A stretch of 64,000 nucleotides of DNA, taken from the IMG/VR virus record IMGVR_UViG_3300037067_005627; one strand, given 5' to 3'. A program made the translations under genes and the position numbers. The notes below the pieces were generated by a model, which was given only the letters and a program-made list of their open reading frames with translations, was not told where the DNA came from and made no database searches. Source of the DNA: an uncultured virus (IMG/VR IMGVR_UViG_3300037067_005627) (taxonomy: Duplodnaviria; Heunggongvirae; Uroviricota; Caudoviricetes). Below are positions 28,038 through 37,138 of this stretch, one piece after another (within the stretch, counting starts at the first letter, position 1; every line of letters starts with the position of its first letter).

Positions 28038-28172
28038 TTACCCCTTCTTCTCTTTTGCGTATAGCAACCTTATCGCAGCCGCCGCATTAGCAGCTGATTT
28101 GCAAACCTGTTTCACACTCCACTTCCCGCCTTTAAAGTGGAGGACTTTATTTCCATCTCTCTTATACGGCAT
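28038..28172 (-). CDS. Small basic head-cluster protein (44 aa)
   Basis: MPYKRDG...AAIRLLYAKEKKG with GGAGG RBS. Confidence 0.6.
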   Translation of the reverse strand: MPYKRDGNKVLHFKGGKWSVKQVCKSAANAAAAIRLLYAKEKKG

Positions 28173-28467
28173 GATTCCCTCCGCATACAGAAATGCGCTT
28201 CTCACAAACCGGACAAAACTTTGCGTCCAGCCATTCCGGCGAACCAGGACAGCCCTTAAAAGTTTCGTGATACCGCTTCTCAAAATCAGGACACTTGCCC
28301 AGGTTTCCATCTTGGAATCTCATTGTGTTCCAGAGAAAGTTTCGCCCATTCCTAAGCCCTGGATGGGTCGTTTCAAAATATTTGTCGCTCTTACGTTGAA
28401 ACGCTTCGTCTGCTTGTCTGGAAACTTCAGACCGAAAGTTATCAGCGTAAATATCCCCCATTGTCAT
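28162..28467 (-). CDS. Cys-containing hypothetical protein
   Basis: C...C...CPVC; between portal and scaffold. Confidence 0.55.
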   Translation of the reverse strand: MTMGDIYADNFRSEVSRQADEAFQRKSDKYFETTHPGLRNGRNFLWNTMRFQDGNLGKCPDFEKRYHETFKGCPGSPEWLDAKFCPVCEKRISVCGGNHAV

Positions 28468-28471
28468 CCCT

Positions 28472-30637
28472 TCAGGAATTGGCAACCCGCTTCTTTGCAA
28501 TGCCGATCACACCCCCTTTCTTTTTAGCTTTGTTTTGTTCAACCCTATCCTTCTCTTTTTGAATCGCTTCGACTTCTTTCATGCCCATATCATGTTGCGT
28601 CTTACCAGTCTCAAGACGCAACCTTTCCTCTTCCCTATCAGCAGATGTAAGCGCAAGTTCTGCATCTATGTCCGCTCTTGTAGATTGCTTTTCAGTATGA
28701 GCAGCTTGCGAAATCAATTTCTTAATCTGTGCGATAGTCTTCTCATTCTTTAGCGCTCTCTCTTCCAGATCGAGAGCAGTTACCTTATTTTGAATTTCAC
28801 TCTGCCGTTGCCTTTGTGCCTGTATCTGTTTCGCAGCTTCTTCTTTGTCAAAGTCTTCCCCCTCTGGAGGGATTTCAAGATTGAATGCCTGTCTCAATCT
28901 CGTAAGGATAAACTCTTTCTTTGGCAAGTCAAGCATTTCAAAAGCAACGTCCATAATAAGTGGCACCGCAGATGGGTCAGCTCGCTTTGTTGACTCTATA
29001 AGTATCTGAGCGAACTTCTCTCTCACGACATCGCTGAATATTTCATCAGTAACTACGATATCAAACTTGATGTCTTCAAGGCGATTCTTAATGACAACGC
29101 CTCCGGCCCCCATTGTCCTCTGATTGACAACTATCAACTTATCAGAGCCTCTAAAGCTATCCGTCACACGGATAACCTTTTCTTGCTTCCAAAGGCTCTG
29201 AATGCCAGCCACCGCGAGATAGCCTAATTTAGTTTTCCCTTTCTTTAGGTTCCCGAAGAGAGGGGCTGTTATTGTACCACCCTTCTGTGATCGCTGTTGC
29301 ATTGCGACAGAAGAAACGGCATTGGTCTCATAACCCATTTGCTCTCCAACAGCCCCAGTGATTTCGCCTATCTCCCTTTCCGATTCTTGGAGTAGTTGAA
29401 TCTGCCCTCTCATCTCGCTATTCTGATCTTCTATGAGAATATGCTCCCCAATTCTCTTCCCTTTACGCAGGATAATTACCCCATCAGGACGCATTGCTTC
29501 CTGACGTAACGCCCCCATGTCATCCACAGCTCCATCTTCGACAACAACCCTTTTAGCGTTTAATTTTGCAAGGGCTGTCGTCCTTCGTTTGTTAGTTTCA
29601 ATATCCATATCCCTAATCTGTCTAGGGACACCATAGGGTTTATTAAAGCGATCAGTATATCCGACAAAACACGCAAAGGGAAAATCATCATGCCCATGAG
29701 GTGTAGGTTGATCAAAGAGGATATTATCCCCCAACAAGAGAGCTACTCTCATTTTAGGCACATAACCTTCGACAATCTCTTGGCACTGTTGCACAAGTTG
29801 CCCTATCTCGCTATCAGTCTTCCCCTCAAAATCATAAGCCCTGCCATCCGCAAAAGTAGCGAATAAAAGCCGTTTCCTGACAGTGTACCACATCTCAATG
29901 GGCATTACCCTTTTGCGAGCACGATCCACCCATATAGATGCTGTCCTCCAATCACCGCCATCAGAAAACGGCTCCCATATAGAACCTGTCGGGGCAAAAG
30001 GGTAAACCCCATTTAACCGAGAAGGGGCGCTACTAAAGTAACTTTGAATCACTTCTTTCTGTTTAGGTAGCATCCCTATCAGATCGTGAAGGTCAACCCA
30101 CTTTTGCAAAAAAACATAGCGAGTAGTATCAACATCAAACCAAGGATCGCCATGCGCGTCCCACCACATATATTGCCAACTTCGTAGAGCTAACTTGACA
30201 ACTTCTTTCCTTGGGTCAGGGTTTTTTAAAACCTCTATAGCCCCAAAGCCCGGAATAATCTGCCCACGAAATGCCTGATGAATCTTAGAAAGGCCATCGT
30301 TTTGATCCATAACAAATTTCAGGCTTCCAGACGCAATGCTTGTAACATCTGTATCTGCCACCGTCCTTCCCTTAGCCGAAATATCTGTTTGAGAAGATAT
30401 TTGCAATCCCAATAGCATATTCACGGTAGGGAAGGTTCTGTTAATCGTCAAAGCGTGCATCCCAAGAACATCTTTTAATTGCTGAACTTGATCAGGCGTC
30501 CATTGTATTCCATCATACATCTCAAAATCACGCCATTGTTCAGCCCGATTATCGGCAAAAGCCTCATAACTATCCCCGACCCAGCCAAGGAAAGTATCTA
30601 TGCCAGGATTAGCCTGAGAGTCTCTCTCAATAGCCAT
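28472..30637 (-). CDS. Portal protein, P22-like
   Basis: D..MYDG.QW, LTINR..P.V, YGVPR...D.....NKRR and A.SSVAMQQR motifs; C-terminal coiled-coil barrel. Confidence 0.9.
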   Translation of the reverse strand: MAIERDSQANPGIDTFLGWVGDSYEAFADNRAEQWRDFEMYDGIQWTPDQVQQLKDVLGMHALTINRTFPTVNMLLGLQISSQTDISAKGRTVADTDVTSIASGSLKFVMDQNDGLSKIHQAFRGQIIPGFGAIEVLKNPDPRKEVVKLALRSWQYMWWDAHGDPWFDVDTTRYVFLQKWVDLHDLIGMLPKQKEVIQSYFSSAPSRLNGVYPFAPTGSIWEPFSDGGDWRTASIWVDRARKRVMPIEMWYTVRKRLLFATFADGRAYDFEGKTDSEIGQLVQQCQEIVEGYVPKMRVALLLGDNILFDQPTPHGHDDFPFACFVGYTDRFNKPYGVPRQIRDMDIETNKRRTTALAKLNAKRVVVEDGAVDDMGALRQEAMRPDGVIILRKGKRIGEHILIEDQNSEMRGQIQLLQESEREIGEITGAVGEQMGYETNAVSSVAMQQRSQKGGTITAPLFGNLKKGKTKLGYLAVAGIQSLWKQEKVIRVTDSFRGSDKLIVVNQRTMGAGGVVIKNRLEDIKFDIVVTDEIFSDVVREKFAQILIESTKRADPSAVPLIMDVAFEMLDLPKKEFILTRLRQAFNLEIPPEGEDFDKEEAAKQIQAQRQRQSEIQNKVTALDLEERALKNEKTIAQIKKLISQAAHTEKQSTRADIDAELALTSADREEERLRLETGKTQHDMGMKEVEAIQKEKDRVEQNKAKKKGGVIGIAKKRVANS

Positions 30638-30673
30638 AGTTATGTTCTCCTATCCTGTGAGATACTATGAGAC

Positions 30674-31339
30674 TTATCTCTTGCCCAATATGAACATGTA
30701 TGGAGTTACGCCACCTGACCACCCAAGCTGTTTGGTCGCGTAAAAAGTCGTAGAAGAAGTGACGGTTGTTCCCGTTGGGGCTGTGTTTATCCCGTAATAA
30801 TTTGCCTCTTTTGGGAAGACCTTTGCCTTTCCAACATATATGGAATTGCCACTTGTCGATACATATTCCGAAGTAGCAAATCCGGATGTCCCTGCCGCCA
30901 ACACTTGCATCTTCCACACAGTAACGCCAGAGCCCGCATTGGGCACCCATTTGTATGTCCACACCCCCGTTACGCCAGTCGTGCCATGAGTCGAAACAGG
31001 CATTGGCGCATCTGCAAACCAATATGCCAAAACCTCGTTAAGTCTAAACTGAGATGGAGAAAGAGTTACCCCGCCACCAACATAAAAAGCTGCACTGCCT
31101 CCCTTGAAAGAAGTGGTTCCGCCTTCCACCGTGCAACCACTCCCTGCTATCGTGGTGACAGGATCGAAAGTGGCGACAATAAGGTCATAAGGGCCAAGAG
31201 GAATCTTCTTAATAACCTTGACTGCCGCTTCAGAAACGCCGGTCGCATTATGGGCGTTACTCCAATGATCGTCAGCCGCAATCGCCGGAATCACCCACAA
31301 AAACATAACGCACACTATTGCCGCAAAAAACTTTTTCAT
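30674..31339 (-). CDS. Signal-peptide-bearing Gly/Thr/Ser-rich protein between terminase and portal
   Basis: MKKFFAAIVCVMFLWVIPAIA-ADD; AAGGAGG RBS. Confidence 0.75.
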   Translation of the reverse strand: MKKFFAAIVCVMFLWVIPAIAADDHWSNAHNATGVSEAAVKVIKKIPLGPYDLIVATFDPVTTIAGSGCTVEGGTTSFKGGSAAFYVGGGVTLSPSQFRLNEVLAYWFADAPMPVSTHGTTGVTGVWTYKWVPNAGSGVTVWKMQVLAAGTSGFATSEYVSTSGNSIYVGKAKVFPKEANYYGINTAPTGTTVTSSTTFYATKQLGWSGGVTPYMFILGKR

Positions 31340-31351
31340 CTTCCATCCTCC

Positions 31352-32985
31352 TTAACAAATCAAAAGTGGATCATTAGGTCTGCCAAGTTTACCATCTTTG
31401 CCTCTTCCTTTAGGAGAGGAGCCCCTTATCCTCACAAGGACATACTGCAATGCGTCATGGAGATCGGCGTATTTGTTTTTAACAGGGTTCTCCGAATAGA
31501 TTTCTTCTCCAGATGCGCTACTAGCAATCCTTGGGTAAAAATATCCGCCAAGAAAGCCATTGATAATGCCGACACAATCCGGGTCAACCAGAAAAGCAGG
31601 TTCTCCGCCAGTAACCATTTCCATCATCTGCTCATCAACAGCATTAATCCTTGCTTTAAAGTTCTGTTCCGACTTTTCCAGGTACAGGCCAGGACATTCT
31701 TCCATCATCAATTCGGAATTGGAAGTTAATGTGCCATCTCTCCTGCTGAACTGTTGCCATCCTGCCGGGTCTGCGTAGTCAACCCATTCTGCCCCAGGAT
31801 AAATTTTATTGCAAGCATCTATAACGCGCTTTGCAAACGAAACGATATTTTCGCGCTCTCCCCAATATTCTCTCATAACTTGAACTTGCCTTGGAGTTGG
31901 GGATTGAACAATGACTACGCCAGGATGAAGTCCTGTATTATCCCAGCCACGATAAAGAAGTTCCTTACTCCATACTAGGTTTGCCTTTGCCTCATGAATC
32001 TTTCGGGCAAAATTATTGTAAACCATTTTTCCTTTAAGTCTTATCCCCGGCTCCCCTTTAATATATCTCGCCACCCAATCAGGTGCGTAGGCATATGCTT
32101 CTGCCATGCGATCATAATAACCAGGGATAAGATTCTCTTCATTCTCCCTTTCAGGTTGCCAATATCCTGCGTGTCCCTTCAAAGGCTTCCTCTCTGGTTT
32201 CGGGCCAGGGACAAAAGTTTTCCAATCAAATGCCCAATACATATTCGATTCTGTACTAGGCGGGTTAGAAATTTCTATCCCGAATTTCATCTGGTATCTT
32301 TCAGGATGCTCTTCGAGTTCATGTTGAATCGCCGGTTTATCAAGAGGGCGAAGATCGTGATACTTTTTTCTCAGCCTTGGATACCACACCCTCATCGGGG
32401 GAAAACGCCCGATCCTCTGTTTAAGCATATTCTTTATGTCGATATGAATTTCGTCAGCTTCGTCAATCAAGACCAAGTTAATTCATACCCTCTAAACTGC
32501 TCAACCTCTTCTGGCCTATCGCAACTCCTAAACAAGACTTCGATTTCTAACGTAACAGGCTCTTGTTTTGCATCAAGCGTTACATATTGCATGTTGTAAG
32601 TCTTTTCGTTCTTGTTATAACTCCCATAGATACCGGGGGGGAACCACTCAAAAAAGGTCTTCTGCGTTGAATCTATCAACATTGGATAGGTATTCCTTAA
32701 GACAATACCCCTTGTCTTATTCAGACCATATTTATTCCATAGCATCATTGGAATACGATACCCAACTTCAACGGTAGCCCCTGCCGTTTTGCCACTACCA
32801 ACAGGGCCAACGATAGCTTTGATGTTATCAGTCTCCGCATGGAATCGCCTAATCGTTGGGAGGGCTTGATAAACGAAAGTTCTCTTAACAGTAAGAGGCT
32901 CGCCAGTTACAGGGTGAAAGTATTGCTCCCCCTGTACTTCTTCAATATCATCATACTCAAGTCGCTTTACTGCGCTGCGCCTCAT
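31352..32985 (-). CDS. terL: Terminase large subunit, split over two frames at about 32470
   Basis: ORF 32467-32985 has GPVGSGKT and RNTYPML.DS; ORF 31352-32476 has LIDEA, SNPP, GWD.G and D..DALQY; one extra base would join them. Confidence 0.9.
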
Positions 32986-33365
32986 AATTTATCCAGAACC
33001 CCTTTCTTATGATAAACGCCCCATCCGCCCAACACTACCCCCCAATACATAGGGTAGCGCACAAACCAACTCTTCCCACGCTCCTTCATAGCCTCAAAAA
33101 AAACATCGTTGGCTTGAGAGTAACTGGCATAAGGTACAGAATCTATCCTGTATAGATAATCATGCAAGACTGCTTCTCTATGCGCCCTATCTCCAAACAT
33201 CATGTAGACAATAGGCACTCTTGGGACTGAGGCAAAATCAGTTTCAAAGCCTGTCGGAACAGTTATTTTGCCTAGAATATCAGATTCATAAATCAAGGGA
33301 CTGTCAAGAACCCATGTCCCATCATCAATACACCTGACATCTAATTCTGTGGTAAACTTGCTCAT
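32982..33365 (-). CDS. DUF1353-family protein
   Basis: VP.GF.TDFASVPR, AVLHDYLY and A..VF.EAM motifs. Confidence 0.85.
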   Translation of the reverse strand: MSKFTTELDVRCIDDGTWVLDSPLIYESDILGKITVPTGFETDFASVPRVPIVYMMFGDRAHREAVLHDYLYRIDSVPYASYSQANDVFFEAMKERGKSWFVRYPMYWGVVLGGWGVYHKKGVLDKL

Positions 33366-33367
33366 CC

Positions 33368-33553
33368 TTAATGCCCTTCTTCTCTTATATCTCTATGTAT
33401 GACCAAATCCCCTTCTTCATATCTTTCAACTATTGGCTCACACCAGCAATTTTCCGATTCGATATGGCCACATGATTCAGGAATAATCTCAGGAATAATC
33501 TTAGGACAAAATTCCCATTTTTCGTACTGCCATTGACGTTCTACTTCAGTCAT
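33368..33553 (-). CDS. Small Cys/His phage protein
   Basis: H....CWCEP......HRD. Confidence 0.6.
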   Translation of the reverse strand: MTEVERQWQYEKWEFCPKIIPEIIPESCGHIESENCWCEPIVERYEEGDLVIHRDIREEGH

Positions 33554-33978
33554 CATCCTTCCCTCATTATCTTCGCTAATTCCTTAGCCCTCTTTGGGGC
33601 AAGTTGAGAATCTATAATCTCATCTCCTGCCATGTCCCAATCTTCGACATCTATCGCATCTATCAGGTGGTAGAAGGCTTTGCCTGGAGGCGCGAAACCT
33701 GCATAGCCCACGTTGAACACGATATTGACAATGACCTTACGCCTATCGTCAGTAAGTTTGCCATCCCATTGAGAAAAAGCTTTCGCAAGCCAAACTTCAA
33801 CTTCTTCAATATCTTGTTCAAGGAGAACTTCTGCTTCTACCTTAGAAACCTTTTTGGGTAAATCCGCTTGCTTCTTTGCCCAATGCCCATAGCCGACAGA
33901 CCATCCATCTGCATCGGGATATGGGACTGAACGAAATCCCTCTTGCCGTTTGAGTTGCCCTTTTAAATCAAAACTCAT
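33553..33978 (-). CDS. Endolysin, T4-lysozyme-like (GH24)
   Basis: EGFR..PY.D..G.SVGYGH; FNVG; RAKELAKIMR.G. Confidence 0.85.
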   Translation of the reverse strand: MSFDLKGQLKRQEGFRSVPYPDADGWSVGYGHWAKKQADLPKKVSKVEAEVLLEQDIEEVEVWLAKAFSQWDGKLTDDRRKVIVNIVFNVGYAGFAPPGKAFYHLIDAIDVEDWDMAGDEIIDSQLAPKRAKELAKIMREG

Positions 33979-34382
33979 GGCTTAACCCTCCAAATCTCAT
34001 CCCTAATAAAATCAACTGCTGTTTTGACCTCTCCAAGAACAACAGCGTTAGCTTGAGATATACTAGCTCCAGCTTCAACCTTCTCTGATAAATTAGCCAA
34101 CTCTCCCTCAATTTCATTTCGGCACACCTTTTGCCTGCCAATACAGCCTTCTAATCCCACAATAGTTGATTCAAGCCTGACTAGTCTCGGCTCCAAATCT
34201 TTTATTGGTTTTAAGGATTTTTTCCCTATCCCATTCTTCTTTACTATATCTAGCCCTGCGGCATTTAGGATTTTCTTTATCATAAATAGCACGCCTCCTA
34301 AAATAGTCGCCACCCCAAGAACTGTATCAGGTCTGCTAATATTATCATAGATGTCTTTCCAATCGAGAGGGGGTGTAGCCAT
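33975..34382 (-). CDS. Single-TM plus coiled-coil protein, holin candidate
   Basis: TM segment VLGVATILGGVLFMI; adjacent to the endolysin. Confidence 0.55.
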   Translation of the reverse strand: MATPPLDWKDIYDNISRPDTVLGVATILGGVLFMIKKILNAAGLDIVKKNGIGKKSLKPIKDLEPRLVRLESTIVGLEGCIGRQKVCRNEIEGELANLSEKVEAGASISQANAVVLGEVKTAVDFIRDEIWRVKP

Positions 34383-34396
34383 TATTCATTAACCTC

Positions 34397-34570
34397 CTAT
34401 AACGGGTTATCCCGTCCGCTATATTTGCATACCATTACACCGATAGTCACAACGATAGGAAGAATTGCCACTGTACCCCAAGGAATCATTATAGCTAATA
34501 AAAGCTTTACTTTAATAAAATGAAAGAAAGCTGCAACTAATGACAAAAATAAAAAGATAAGCCATTCCAT
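34397..34570 (-). CDS. Small two-TM protein (57 aa, not in the ORF track), holin/antiholin candidate
   Basis: MEWLIFLFLSLVAAFFHFIKVKLLLAIMIPWGTVAILPIVVTIGVMVCKYSGRDNPL. Confidence 0.5.
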   Translation of the reverse strand: MEWLIFLFLSLVAAFFHFIKVKLLLAIMIPWGTVAILPIVVTIGVMVCKYSGRDNPL

Positions 34571-34618
34571 AACCTAACTCCGCCACAAAGAATGTCGTTA
34601 CAAAGATTACTCAATACA

Positions 34619-34837
34619 TTATTGCAACATCCTTCCAGTAATAAGGAATTCCCTAAGTGTTTTTGTGGCCATTAAATGCTGTTCTATTATGCCCAACTTT
34701 TCCGGGGATATTTTACTTTCCCCATTCCGTTTCAGCATTTTCATGAAATCCTCCAAGCGCAGCATAATTAAAACAGCTTCCTTGGGGATTTTGACATACC
34801 CTAAAAACCCTAAAAGTAAATCAATGCCGAATCTCAT
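34619..34837 (-). CDS. Hypothetical protein
   Basis: TGATG coupling to the upstream ORF. Confidence 0.55.
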   Translation of the reverse strand: MRFGIDLLLGFLGYVKIPKEAVLIMLRLEDFMKMLKRNGESKISPEKLGIIEQHLMATKTLREFLITGRMLQ

Positions 34838-34992
34838 CAATCGCCCCTTCCATCTAAGTTCCACTTACCAAATATCCAATCAACCGCTTTCCCTATTAAA
34901 GAACAAAAGTATGCCCCAATAAACAACCCTAAGACGATGACCGCAACCACTATCCAGTCTAGCCATTGAGATTCCCTTAGAGTTTGAAGCAT
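34837..34992 (-). CDS. Small single-TM protein (51 aa, not in the ORF track)
   Basis: MLQTLRESQWLDWIVVAVIVLGLFIGAYFCSLIG...; coupled to the downstream gene. Confidence 0.5.
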   Translation of the reverse strand: MLQTLRESQWLDWIVVAVIVLGLFIGAYFCSLIGKAVDWIFGKWNLDGRGD

Positions 34993-34995
34993 CTC

Positions 34996-35442
34996 TCACT
35001 CCTTCTCATAAAAGTCCTTCTTGGTTACATCATCAGGATGCCCGTACTGAGTAGTTCCGCTCTTTTCTGTCTTCCATTTCATAATATGCCCTAACTCATG
35101 CCCTAATGCCCAATGATTGACAACGATGTTTCCGCTCTTGGTTCTCTTCATTGGCACCCATATCTCCATGTTTGTGCCATCACTCCATGCTGTTCCAACA
35201 TCAGACGGAATTTTCATCCCTTTGTGCCTATCTGAAAATTCCTTCGCCCCTCTCTCTTTAGAGCCAAAGATAAAAACTTTAGTGTCACCAAACGCCGTTT
35301 CAATAAACTCGTTAGTCTCGGTGTTTGGTATGCTATCCCACCAAGTATTAACGCTTTTGGAAAGGACATCCATATGCTCTGGTGGTTCAGCACTAAACCA
35401 ATTCATGGCTAAACTCCAACACAAGAGGGTTGTAAATAGCAT
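34996..35442 (-). CDS. Small zincin-like metallopeptidase, possibly exported
   Basis: ALGHELGHI (HExxH); hydrophobic N-terminus. Confidence 0.6.
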   Translation of the reverse strand: MLFTTLLCWSLAMNWFSAEPPEHMDVLSKSVNTWWDSIPNTETNEFIETAFGDTKVFIFGSKERGAKEFSDRHKGMKIPSDVGTAWSDGTNMEIWVPMKRTKSGNIVVNHWALGHELGHIMKWKTEKSGTTQYGHPDDVTKKDFYEKE

Positions 35443-35446
35443 ACCA

Positions 35447-36679
35447 TTACGGACTACCCCACATATTGATTTCTCCTGTATCCACTATTCGGGAGAAGAT
35501 AGCCAGTTGTGCTACATGAGCCCGGCCCCAAGGGGATGTGAGGACGCGAAGTTGATTGCCTACACTAAATGCTCCGTCAAAGTTCTGTTCTATGCCCCAG
35601 GTTAGACCATTGCCTGTGTCTATGCCCACTCTCATTTTAGCAATATTGCTACTCAGGTAGCCCCACTTGGCAACTAGCTTGACCATTTTATCTGCAACAG
35701 GTGTATAGGCTACTGTCGCCCCGGTAGTGCCATCAGTACAAGTCACTCCGCTTGCATAGACCTGAAAAAGGGTATCCCCGGAAAGGTCGAGGACGGCTGG
35801 AGAAACTCCTCCAGTCATGTCAGAAGCATTATAGCCGGGTCGGAACCAGCAAACTGCTGTGCCGTGGGGGGGAAGATTTTCATATTCATTATTGACTTCT
35901 TTGATTGACCAGTCATCAAAATAGGCAGTTGTTCCAGATGGAGTTGATTTGAAAAGATAGATAGTATGCGTTCCTGTAACCCTAGCTGTAAAGAAATAAG
36001 AAACCTGCCTATATGTTGTTTTATTTGTCTCTGGGAAGGCCGTATTAATATAATATCCGGCAGTGGAATTATAAATCTTTAATCCGCCTGGTTGTATTCC
36101 ATTGTCTGCTGTCCAACCTTGCACTTTATAGGTTTGGCCTGAAGTACACTGTACCCCCTGAGTTAGTTCCGGCCCTGAACCTGTTCCCATTACCATAACT
36201 GCCGCATGAGATCCTCCATGTACTGTCACTCCCGTATCCCAAATCTGTCCTGAATTTGGGGCTTCTGTCCAGGAACCAAAATTAGAAGCCCCGGCAATGG
36301 TCTCAAAATCCCCATTCGTAACTAGCTCACCCCCTAAACTCTCCGCAAACATGCTCCCGCCAACGGGGGAAGTGGGCAGTATCCAGTAAGCATATTCCGA
36401 TGTGCCAGTACCAAGCCTAATTGTTGGAATTTTGGCTATGTTCTCATAGACAGGCGAACCAGAAACCCCACCCCCTGCTGCCTTCCGGCCATACGCTACT
36501 GTTGCCCCTGAGAAGTCCACAAAGAAGGCTACTCCATGCGGTTCAGTCCAGACCGAAACCCCGCCCCGTGTGCCTACGAATACCGGCTTGTTATCGTCAT
36601 TTGGTTCATAGACCTGGGCATGAACTGTGCCGATAAGCAAGAACCATACCAAAACCCCATAGAGGATTGCCTTTTTCAT
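35447..36679 (-). CDS. Signal-peptide-bearing protein with a CBM4/9-like carbohydrate-binding domain
   Basis: MKKAILYGVLVWFLLIGTVHA-Q; ELVTNGDFE...W...HGGSHA...YFDDWSIKEV. Confidence 0.7.
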   Translation of the reverse strand: MKKAILYGVLVWFLLIGTVHAQVYEPNDDNKPVFVGTRGGVSVWTEPHGVAFFVDFSGATVAYGRKAAGGGVSGSPVYENIAKIPTIRLGTGTSEYAYWILPTSPVGGSMFAESLGGELVTNGDFETIAGASNFGSWTEAPNSGQIWDTGVTVHGGSHAAVMVMGTGSGPELTQGVQCTSGQTYKVQGWTADNGIQPGGLKIYNSTAGYYINTAFPETNKTTYRQVSYFFTARVTGTHTIYLFKSTPSGTTAYFDDWSIKEVNNEYENLPPHGTAVCWFRPGYNASDMTGGVSPAVLDLSGDTLFQVYASGVTCTDGTTGATVAYTPVADKMVKLVAKWGYLSSNIAKMRVGIDTGNGLTWGIEQNFDGAFSVGNQLRVLTSPWGRAHVAQLAIFSRIVDTGEINMWGSP

Positions 36680-36680
36680 G

Positions 36681-37106
36681 CTACTGCCTCGTCATAGTCC
36701 GGTTACACTTCACGAATACACTAACCCCGGTTCCGGGATAGGTGACTTCAAATTCTGCCCCTGCTTCCTTTGTCCATGCCGTCGTGCCGGATTCGTTGAT
36801 GCTGCCGGAAGTTACAAACAGGGTAGCCCCTGCCGCCGTACACTTATAAAGCGTTCGCGTACCGACCGGGGGCTTTGAGGTAGTGGGGTTAGGTATCTGA
36901 ATCACATACACGCCCGTATCATATTCCTGGCCCATGTTTCCCGCAGTGTGAACGGCATTGGCAGAGATAGTGGTGCTCTCCACTCTAGAAGTTGGGGAAT
37001 AGCCCTCCCCTAACTCTACCTTTTCAGCTGGATTAACTAACGGGACATGTAGCCATAAAGCTAATCCCACCACCATATACATAGCATACAAAATATATTT
37101 CTTCAT
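36681..37106 (-). CDS. Signal-peptide-bearing hypothetical protein
   Basis: MKKYILYAMYMVVGLALWL. Confidence 0.7.
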   Translation of the reverse strand: MKKYILYAMYMVVGLALWLHVPLVNPAEKVELGEGYSPTSRVESTTISANAVHTAGNMGQEYDTGVYVIQIPNPTTSKPPVGTRTLYKCTAAGATLFVTSGSINESGTTAWTKEAGAEFEVTYPGTGVSVFVKCNRTMTRQ

Positions 37107-37138
37107 CCTATCCCCCTAGGCTTTATGTGTATCTGCCA

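Noticed and set aside
32467..32476. Stop-codon reassignment as the explanation for the split terminase
   Set aside because: The break needs a frame change, not readthrough, and TAA, TAG and TGA all end genes normally elsewhere
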